From a virus (lineage: Duplodnaviria; Caudoviricetes): DNA of 64,000 nucleotides. The notes beneath the pieces were generated by a model. That model worked only from the letters and a program-made list of their open reading frames with translations, was not told the DNA's origin and searched no databases. Positions 56,901 through 64,000 of the stretch are shown one piece after another. Positions within the stretch are counted from its first letter, which is position 1, and each line of letters begins with the position of its first letter. The translations under genes were made by a program, and so were the position numbers. The DNA is taken from the IMG/VR virus record IMGVR_UViG_3300045594_000145, positions 32,001-96,000 of that record. The stretch is one strand, 5' to 3'.

Positions 56901-59900
56901 TAACCGTAATGCTCTTGATGAAAAATACCTGTCTGATGCTTATGATGTTTATTCTTCAAACGATATCCAAAAACAAGTCGCTGGCAATAGTGCTGCTTTA
57001 TTAGGGACTTACCAAAATGCGACTTCTGCGGTTATCAAATATAAGGAAGAAATATCTAAGGCGATTTCTCTTGGTGATACAAAGAATTTAGATACTCTTA
57101 ATGATAAATTAGCAGAGCAACAACAAATTTTAGCTACTTTAAATAGTGATTGGGATGAAATTGTTAGCAAGCCAATTACTTATGGAGATAAGTCTTTCCA
57201 GTCTTTGGATGATTCTGGCCAGACTTTGATGAAAAACTTAAGTTCTTTCAATAATTTCTCTTCTCTTGGCATTGGGCAAGACGAAGGTTCAATCAGTGCT
57301 TATACTGGAGAAATTGAAACTTTAAGTTCTAGTTTAGCAACTCTTGGAGATCAAGCCAATAATTTCCTTGGTATGGATCAACAGCTTCAAATTGACGCCG
57401 CAAATATTGGAATTAGTTATGGCTTCACAAGTGACCAACTTCAGAAATATATTAGTGGATTAACCGAAGCTTCTTTCTTACAAGGAACTTGGATAGACCA
57501 AGTTAAAGAATTTGCTGATTCAAATTATGACAAGAAAATTTCTTCTCTAAATGATCAAATCGCAGCTTTAGAAGACAAAATGGCCTCAAATTCGGAACAA
57601 CAAAAATCCGAAGAATCAATGGCTGGTTTTGTTACCACTTCTGGAGATTTTGAAAGACAGCAAGAACTTGAGAAAGAAGCCAATAATGAAACTATTCGAG
57701 AACATCAAAGGTTAACAGATGCGAAAGCTAGGGCAGTTCGAGATCAAGCTAACCTAGACAAAGAACTTTTAAGAGTTTATGAATCAGATGCTCGCCAGTA
57801 TGCAAACTCTTCCAATGAAGCGTATAATAAAGTTTTAGACGATTTCAATGAAATGCAGTCTAAAATGGCTGACAGTGACGATGATACTAAAGCTGATTTA
57901 CAGAAAAAATCTGGACGTCTCTATGCCATCTTAAAGGGTGACGATGCCGATTATTATGATCACTGGGTTTCAATTAATATGGCTGAGATTGGAGACGAAG
58001 CCGAAAAAACTGGAATTTTAGCATCAAATTATAGCACTTATAATGAATATATGAGTGCCGTTGATGCAGAATATGCTAAAGCAAAAATAATTATTGCGAA
58101 TACCACTGGAAAGGGTATCTTAGAAACAGAACAAGCGATTACTAATGAGAAATATAAAAATTTAGCTGTCCAGTTAAGAAATGAAGGCAATAACGCTTCT
58201 GCGGAAACTTTAATTGCTGGTTCCGTTTCTGATAATAAAATATTAAAAGATAATGCAGCAACTACTGCTCAATTAGAAGGTCTTAGACAGACATTGCTTG
58301 CTAGAAAAGCACACGGTGAGCGAGTTTTAATATCAACCGACGGAGTTTATGAACAATTAGGAAATTTATATAATAACTCAATGAGTGCGATTGGCGCAGA
58401 CGTAGTTGGTTTTGCCAATACGGGGACTGAACAAGTTTCCATTGATGAAGCTCTTAAAAGTATTGATAAGGCTGAAGCAGCAATTAATAAAAAAACTAAA
58501 GAGACCGAAGGCAACGGTTCTTTGACTCAAGAACAGCAAGACGAGATCAATGCTGCTATTGCCGGTTTCCAAAATTATGCTGACCTTGTGAAAGGTTCAA
58601 CTGGTACTGAGTCAGATTTTAATTATGATACTACTGATTTTGGTGCATTAGCATATAAAGATACTGGCGGAGATGTTGTCAGTAATACCACCCCAGATGA
58701 TGGAAGTGGCGATAGGGATAAAACAAAGAAGACTAAGCTTACTTCTTTAAAGGACATTAAAGAAGGTAAGGTCTACGATGAAACCATTGATAAATTAAAG
58801 AGATATGATGAAGAAATTGCTCAGGTTGAACATGATTTAGATATTCTTTCTGCAAAAAAAGACCATCTATATGGTACAGCTTATCTCGATAATCTTAAGA
58901 AAGAAATTGACCTTCAACAGAAAGATTTAGACCTTTCTAAGCAACGTTTAACTGCCGCTGAAGCTATCGGCGCGCAAGAGAAGATAGACTTAGAAACACA
59001 AGCTAAAGCGCATAATCTTGCACTTGCTTATTCTTCTACCGGTTCTATTTCTAACTATAATGATATTATTCAAGCAATGGAAGCCGCTTCAAAAGATTAT
59101 CAGACTACTATTGATGCTAAGACCGCGCAAGTAACTGCTTTAACAACTCAATATAACGCAATGAAAGCAGCATATGATGATGCCTCAGATAATGACGCTA
59201 AAAATGCTGAATTAAATGCTTCTGCTGACCAAATGAATGCGCTTGCTGACCAGATTAATGCCATTACAGAAGAAGTCAATGCTTCGGTTGCAAGTCAATC
59301 TACATACAATGATTGGACAAAGAGTTTCAAAGACTCAATGGATAATTATGAAAAGTATGCTGTTGAGGAAGTCCAAAAGACAGAAAAAGACATTCAAGAT
59401 AAAATCTCTAAAGTTCTTACAGATAAGATTGAAGCTATTGAATATCCAGTCACAATTGTAACAGATGCTTCTGAACAAAATGAAAAATACCTTGACTTAC
59501 TTGCTGATATTGCAAAGAATAAAGGCAAAGTAACTTTCTCGGTTGATGAAACAAATAATTTTGATAAGTTACAGAATACAATTAGTGAAATTAATTCACT
59601 GCTATCTCCAAGTGTTACCGGAGGTCTAAAAGATCTTCTAACTCAGAGTGACAATTTACTTGGTAAGATTCAGGACACTGATCTTGCGGCGGCACCTAAA
59701 GATTTGCTTGATGCTATTCGCAAGCAAGAAGAAACAATGATTAGTACAGCATCTAATTTACAATCAATTATTTCTTCAATGAAGGATGCCTTTCAGACTG
59801 GCGTTGACTCTGCTGTTAGTACATTAAATGATGCCCTTGATAAATTCAGTGTAACTACAACTGCTTATGATAATTTAGTTAATGCGGCTCAGAAAGCTAA

Positions 59901-61641
59901 TGCAGATACATTTGATTTCTTAACATCTGCTTCTAAGGTTTCTTTAGATATTTCTAATAAACAGATTGCTCAACTGCAAGAGCAGGCCGATGTCATAAAA
60001 GCAACTAGGGACGGTTTTGCTAAGGGGACAGATGAATATTTAAAAGCTGATCAAACTTATATTCAGCAGATGAATAAGATTGCTTCATTGCAACAGACAG
60101 CTGCTGAAAATATTAATAAAACAATTACCAATTTGATTAGGCGCAACAATAAAGACCTTGAATCTACTTTCCTCGGTGGGCAAACCGCTGCTAATATCAA
60201 ACAGACTTTGTCTGACTTAAATGAAGCTCGTAAGAAGTATCTTGCTCAAGAGAGAAGAATTTATGAGACCATTAAGTTAGAAGAAGATATTACTGCTGAT
60301 ATTGAAAAACATCAAGATAATACGGCTATTCAGAAGAGATTAAAAGATTTCCAGCAAGCTGAATTAAAATATTTAAATAGTAAGGATAAATTAACTCAAT
60401 CAGATCTTGATTTAAGTCAAAAGCAATATGAAGTATTAAAAGCTCAGATTGCTCTTGAAGAAGCACAGGAAGGTAAAGAGTACACTAGAATGTTACAACG
60501 TAATAGTTCTGGAAACTATGGTTATATTTCTGTTGCAGATACTTCAAAGATTGATGCGGCTAAAGAAGCTTACCAGAAATCTATTGATGCTTTATATCAA
60601 TATGCCTCTGGTCAGTATGATACTTACTTAAAGGATTTAAGTACAGCTGTTAGCGATTATGAAACTAAGACAAATAAGATAATTACAGAGTATCAAGCTG
60701 GCAATATTACGAAAGGAAAGGCTGAAGAGTTATATCAGCAAGCACAAGAAGCATTAAAAGCTCAGTACAAAGAAGCTCAAGATGGAATGAAGACAATGGC
60801 AACTCAGATGTCTGGGACTACTGAATTGCAGAAGCTTGCTTCTGATAAGTTAAGTACCTTGACGACTCAGGCTAGTACCCTTGATAAATTAATCCAAGGC
60901 AACGCGGAAGGGTTCGATGATTTATACAAGGAAATGACTGGAAAGAGTGTCGATGATACTATCTTCTCTGATTTGAATAATACCGCAATTGATTTGACTA
61001 AAAATTGGAAAGAATTATTCTCCGTTCTTGGCACAGATCTTAGTACGGTAGACTTCAGTAAACTTGATACAAATATCAATACTATTCTTAACTCTATTGA
61101 TGATTATAATAAGTTATTGAAAGATTGGTCTAATACTGCTGCAAATACTGTAAATAGTATTATCAGCACAGACTTAATCAATCAAATCAACACAAACGCT
61201 AGTGAAATAAATGCGGCTGCTTCTAAAGAACTTGAATCTGTTGCAAATACAACAAAAGCTTATGAAGCGCAAAGAGCGGCTATTGAAGAAAGCAATGCAT
61301 CAATAATGGACATGATAAATGCTCTTGATGCCGCAAGTGCTAAGATAGAATCAACCTTCGGAGTAACTAATGGAACGGTTGATACGTCTAACTTAACCTC
61401 TGGTATAGCAAATACAGATATTTCTTCTGCTCTCATTCCTACGACTGCTAGTGGTTCAGATTCTGCGGCATTGTTCGCAAAAGCTGCTCAGTCAGCTGGC
61501 GCAACCGTTACCACAAGTCAAGATCAGTACCACGTTGAGATGGAATTCCCAAATGTTACAGATAAGGATGAAATTATTAAAGCATTTGAAGGTATTAATA
61601 ATTATGTTGATCAATACCTTGCTAATAATAAAAATTCATAA
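53941..61641 (+). CDS. tail tape measure protein
   Basis: 2566 aa; TP901-type core (TRESAESVGTSL, LAGTRQANRLAALMNNW), TM-like segments, long coiled coil. Confidence 0.9.
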   Translation: MAVTYENKIKNTIETVETGGAKASQTYQNVADSLQQISNKAKPAQTWLDNLGNTVLNTFRYQVVNKFTDALLSGGEEIVSYLKDVDKELNNIRIVSGQTQAQVESFLSTAQTGATLLGKTTADYLEAAQQYYQQGLSTNEVIARTDATLKAANISGQSVSDTVQQTTAVLNGFNVSSKDINKTLSVMASLGAATASDFEELSTASQKVASAASTAGIPLNNTMAMITTIASVTRESAESVGTSLNAMIGRFNKLTVDEHQKVFSTIETTLRNTNSDVSVFDKTTGQVRDLNSVLTDLAGAWKTLDKNSQEAILTQLAGTRQANRLAALMNNWDDYQKNLKIAAVAEGSLDAQNQVYMQSLEALDNQMKTASMTMWGNLFNTDMLKGWDKGWTNFYTTTGNIIKNIGGLPSILSQLGIALLPILNKLATPIITNLAVKSINTKTTAEGMPIDKTQKGINSLGGIYSDVKLLNDNQLSKLSEGQVTAYNKAVNALSEQVTLKAKLQELEETQKSYNLNDINAAVKKNELIEKELEAEKQKAALKAQIEKSQKNDIAVAKATIKANNDAYNATVKTEAIKNFPELFKGKTKASKLSKESREIIDFADDTSSKRSISSFVDQYDLSSKEKEQLVKEIKNYRAALKAAVKVQEDANSKVKETSAETETLKATLKTLEKNFNNKQNVNSKDFTSLLAAGGDSKNIITQKFNASNAVSLGTLGANETSFSRLETIINKIADGRDLASVLDEFGIKQKDLNGAYSVLLDKTKEVILENGENVKGATEDFKEGNLKNQPEVERLLAMEKAKKKTKTLTAIAATVAGVTTLTSALSSMSEVGATGSQRVQAGIQGIGSSLAAAAAMIPDYGFIISGVIGLITTGLQYFAEVSQLGADDAEKMLNRITAAKKSIEKMTQPLAEERDALSSVSVAADDLAKKYKAQKFTYDQLSESEKTNYDQVAEYVEKYAPQLISYYDKEGKAVLNLNQLYSNSAKTNRNALDEKYLSDAYDVYSSNDIQKQVAGNSAALLGTYQNATSAVIKYKEEISKAISLGDTKNLDTLNDKLAEQQQILATLNSDWDEIVSKPITYGDKSFQSLDDSGQTLMKNLSSFNNFSSLGIGQDEGSISAYTGEIETLSSSLATLGDQANNFLGMDQQLQIDAANIGISYGFTSDQLQKYISGLTEASFLQGTWIDQVKEFADSNYDKKISSLNDQIAALEDKMASNSEQQKSEESMAGFVTTSGDFERQQELEKEANNETIREHQRLTDAKARAVRDQANLDKELLRVYESDARQYANSSNEAYNKVLDDFNEMQSKMADSDDDTKADLQKKSGRLYAILKGDDADYYDHWVSINMAEIGDEAEKTGILASNYSTYNEYMSAVDAEYAKAKIIIANTTGKGILETEQAITNEKYKNLAVQLRNEGNNASAETLIAGSVSDNKILKDNAATTAQLEGLRQTLLARKAHGERVLISTDGVYEQLGNLYNNSMSAIGADVVGFANTGTEQVSIDEALKSIDKAEAAINKKTKETEGNGSLTQEQQDEINAAIAGFQNYADLVKGSTGTESDFNYDTTDFGALAYKDTGGDVVSNTTPDDGSGDRDKTKKTKLTSLKDIKEGKVYDETIDKLKRYDEEIAQVEHDLDILSAKKDHLYGTAYLDNLKKEIDLQQKDLDLSKQRLTAAEAIGAQEKIDLETQAKAHNLALAYSSTGSISNYNDIIQAMEAASKDYQTTIDAKTAQVTALTTQYNAMKAAYDDASDNDAKNAELNASADQMNALADQINAITEEVNASVASQSTYNDWTKSFKDSMDNYEKYAVEEVQKTEKDIQDKISKVLTDKIEAIEYPVTIVTDASEQNEKYLDLLADIAKNKGKVTFSVDETNNFDKLQNTISEINSLLSPSVTGGLKDLLTQSDNLLGKIQDTDLAAAPKDLLDAIRKQEETMISTASNLQSIISSMKDAFQTGVDSAVSTLNDALDKFSVTTTAYDNLVNAAQKANADTFDFLTSASKVSLDISNKQIAQLQEQADVIKATRDGFAKGTDEYLKADQTYIQQMNKIASLQQTAAENINKTITNLIRRNNKDLESTFLGGQTAANIKQTLSDLNEARKKYLAQERRIYETIKLEEDITADIEKHQDNTAIQKRLKDFQQAELKYLNSKDKLTQSDLDLSQKQYEVLKAQIALEEAQEGKEYTRMLQRNSSGNYGYISVADTSKIDAAKEAYQKSIDALYQYASGQYDTYLKDLSTAVSDYETKTNKIITEYQAGNITKGKAEELYQQAQEALKAQYKEAQDGMKTMATQMSGTTELQKLASDKLSTLTTQASTLDKLIQGNAEGFDDLYKEMTGKSVDDTIFSDLNNTAIDLTKNWKELFSVLGTDLSTVDFSKLDTNINTILNSIDDYNKLLKDWSNTAANTVNSIISTDLINQINTNASEINAAASKELESVANTTKAYEAQRAAIEESNASIMDMINALDAASAKIESTFGVTNGTVDTSNLTSGIANTDISSALIPTTASGSDSAALFAKAAQSAGATVTTSQDQYHVEMEFPNVTDKDEIIKAFEGINNYVDQYLANNKNS

Positions 61642-61642
61642 T

Positions 61643-61676
61643 AAAAACCTCAGACCTAAAAGTCTGAGGTTTTTTA
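61643..61676. terminator. bidirectional terminator between convergent tail genes
   Basis: AAAAACCTCAGAC-CTAAAA-GTCTGAGGTTTTTT. Confidence 0.85.
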
Positions 61677-63974
61677 TTGTTCAAGTTGAGGGGCTTCTGT
61701 CAAAGATACTGTCATAATTGATGTTTCATCTATATTGTATGAAATCTTGTTGATTAAATAGAAACCTTGTATAGATGCGGGCTGATAGAATATTTTTGCT
61801 CGATTGTTTACGTCTAGCCAATAATATGGTAAGGTTGTAATTGAAACCTGTGTGTTATATCCAGTCTTATCATATAGAAGTTCTCTAACCGCAGAGAAGG
61901 CATCATTATAGATTGAGCCATAATTAGTATATTTAACTTCTTTAGTATATCCATCTATACCGTCTCCATTACTCGAACTTATATCGAAAGTGTGAGCAGC
62001 ATTAAACCAATATTTCTGGTAAGAAGTATCTTCAGTAGCATTCTTGATAGTATCTGTAACTAAGAAATAATCACTTATTGTTGTCGGCATTAAGGCTTTA
62101 ATTGATTGATCCGTTTTAGAAAAAGTTCTTCTTCCAATTGAACTGACGCTAAATTGTTTCAAAGAAGAATCTGCATCTAATATCTCAAAGTTATAGTTAA
62201 ATATCTTCTTATCTGTTATTGGATTCCAGTTAGCATCATAATATTCATTTTTCCAGAGCGTTGATAGTTCATCATAATAGTCTGGTAGTTGTTTAGAATG
62301 GACAATATCCACCTTTGTCATTGTTCCCGCATTGTAGGTGTAATATCCAGCACTTGTCCCACTAATAAACATACAGAGCGTAAAGGAGCCTTCTCCAAAA
62401 AGATTAAGATTATTTTGTATGAAAGCACTTGCCTTGGACACTTCATATGCTCTTCCGACAAATTTATATGTGCCACTATTATAGTTATGAACAATAAATT
62501 CTCGATAGTCCATTTCAGTAAAACTACCATCCTGCGCGACTACATATGCTTTTGAAGTTGGCTTAGAGTCTATTACCACATGATAGCCAATGAAAGTTCC
62601 ATTTACTGTATTTGATACAAGAATATCATTCTTAATGTTGGTGTAGTCTATGGTATTATTATAAGATATATTATTCGCGTCAGAAGAAAAATCAATGGCA
62701 ACCGCAGATTGATTATATTTTTTTAAATAGTCAGATTCTTTTAGCTCTTTAATGTCTGGTGTCCTATTGTATTTGTAATTTTTAATCTCTTCAAAGTGGA
62801 AGTAACCATTAACGTCATAATAATATTGGTAGTTTCCGCCAAGAGCAGAATTACAATTATCATAAACCTTTGAGACGGCTTCGCCAGCATTTAAGGTCAT
62901 TTTATCTGGATAGGTATATTTTATCATCTTATATCCTATTGTATCTTCTCCGAAAGTTTTAGAAGAACCGTTCATCATAGTTAAAGTTGTTCCCTTAGGG
63001 ATAAGAACTGGACATTTAATGAAATCTGGAACATCGCTAATAATAACTTTGCCCGGCGCCTCTCCTCCAAACGCGGTTGCCGCATAATATATTATATCTC
63101 TTATTTTTAATTTATTTTCATAAAGACTAGAAATAAGAGAACTTAATATAGTCCCGCAAGTTGTTTTTGCAGACTCATAGTCGGCAGAAAGAGTAGCTGT
63201 GCTTATTGTATTTAAACTTTGGAGTAAACTATATACAGCAGAATTATCTAAATTCCATATTTCAGAATAAGTGGTATTATTAAGGTATTGACTCTTAATA
63301 TTATTTACTGTTTCTACTCTGTTTAAGAAAGTCATTGAATTATATAAACTGCTAATTCCATCAATTAAATTATGAGTCGTTGAATTAAGAGAACTTGAAT
63401 CAATCATTTCTGCATCAAATCTAGTTGGTCTATCAATCATTCCACCGACTGTCCCATTATGTAAACAACCTTTATCCTGAAGGGCAATTGAAATTTGTTG
63501 AGCAGATGTTGAAAGAGTAACTGTTGGTTTTGTTATTATATATATACCAAGATTGTACCAGATAAAATCTTCATCATGCTCTCTTGACCATGAACCAGAA
63601 GATTCTTGTACAATAGGATATTCTTTCATTAAGTCTTTAACCTCAATAAAAATTTTAACTTTCTTATTAAGAGATAATTTATTTGCGGGATCTGTCAAAT
63701 GATAATTATCTTTGATAAAATTCTTTTGTAGAGAACCAGTTATCCGATTATATTTACCGACATAATTATCCTCAGTTTTAGTGATATTAATAATTAAATT
63801 TAAAGTTCTTCTAATCGCACTATTCCCATCAAGGGAGATATTGCCACTGACAACATCTCCCTCTAAGGAATCAATCTTTCTTTCTTGATTCCAATCTAAT
63901 ATATCAATCTTAACTCTAGTTTCTCTTATTTTAGACTGAAGGACTTCATTTATTTTTGCATCATAATCTGACAT
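61674..63974 (-). CDS. putative tail/baseplate hub protein on inverted strand
   Basis: GNISLDGNSAIRRTLNL, LGIYII, LQDK..L.NG.VGG, PYYWLDVN motifs typical of post-tape-measure tail proteins. Confidence 0.6.
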   Translation of the reverse strand: MSDYDAKINEVLQSKIRETRVKIDILDWNQERKIDSLEGDVVSGNISLDGNSAIRRTLNLIINITKTEDNYVGKYNRITGSLQKNFIKDNYHLTDPANKLSLNKKVKIFIEVKDLMKEYPIVQESSGSWSREHDEDFIWYNLGIYIITKPTVTLSTSAQQISIALQDKGCLHNGTVGGMIDRPTRFDAEMIDSSSLNSTTHNLIDGISSLYNSMTFLNRVETVNNIKSQYLNNTTYSEIWNLDNSAVYSLLQSLNTISTATLSADYESAKTTCGTILSSLISSLYENKLKIRDIIYYAATAFGGEAPGKVIISDVPDFIKCPVLIPKGTTLTMMNGSSKTFGEDTIGYKMIKYTYPDKMTLNAGEAVSKVYDNCNSALGGNYQYYYDVNGYFHFEEIKNYKYNRTPDIKELKESDYLKKYNQSAVAIDFSSDANNISYNNTIDYTNIKNDILVSNTVNGTFIGYHVVIDSKPTSKAYVVAQDGSFTEMDYREFIVHNYNSGTYKFVGRAYEVSKASAFIQNNLNLFGEGSFTLCMFISGTSAGYYTYNAGTMTKVDIVHSKQLPDYYDELSTLWKNEYYDANWNPITDKKIFNYNFEILDADSSLKQFSVSSIGRRTFSKTDQSIKALMPTTISDYFLVTDTIKNATEDTSYQKYWFNAAHTFDISSSNGDGIDGYTKEVKYTNYGSIYNDAFSAVRELLYDKTGYNTQVSITTLPYYWLDVNNRAKIFYQPASIQGFYLINKISYNIDETSIMTVSLTEAPQLEQ

Positions 63975-64000
63975 AAAATCCTCCCTTACATGTCTTCGTA

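Noticed and set aside
37769-61079. Short antisense or alternate-frame ORFs within structural genes (e.g. 40088..40711, 54336..54698)
   Set aside because: Shadow ORFs of long, well-supported plus-strand genes

Overview
Segment of a large AT-rich tailed dsDNA phage, probably a siphovirus of a Bacillota (Firmicutes) host, in the standard genetic code with no suppressor tRNA seen. Positions 1-37,200 are mostly minus-strand early/middle accessory genes, many with their own sigma-A consensus promoter. They include PIN-PhoH, ClpP, two DEDDh exonucleases, a ThyX-like protein, a GIY-YIG endonuclease, an RNA ligase, an RtcB fragment, an orphan HigA, a kinase-like protein, a methyltransferase, a papain-fold deamidase and several paralog families. 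A cluster of about 21 tRNA/pseudo-tRNA genes plus tRNA-like RNAs spans 9.0-13.6 kb. Positions 37,334-61,641 are the plus-strand morphogenesis module (terminase, portal, protease/scaffold, capsid, tail, holins, 2566-aa tape measure), followed by an inverted tail gene. The main discovery is non-coding. Seven HDV-like (theta-type) ribozyme folds can be parsed by hand on the minus strand, none of them behind a canonical tRNA. Six punctuate a ~2-kb structured RNA tract (27.2-29.2 kb) into stem-closed modules, and the seventh sits at the 5' end of a ~1-kb ROOL/GOLLD-class large ncRNA. The tRNA cluster is also unusual: two tRNAs lack an anticodon arm, five have U33->C, and eleven end in CUA instead of CCA. 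All calls come from reading the sequence by eye; no searches were run.
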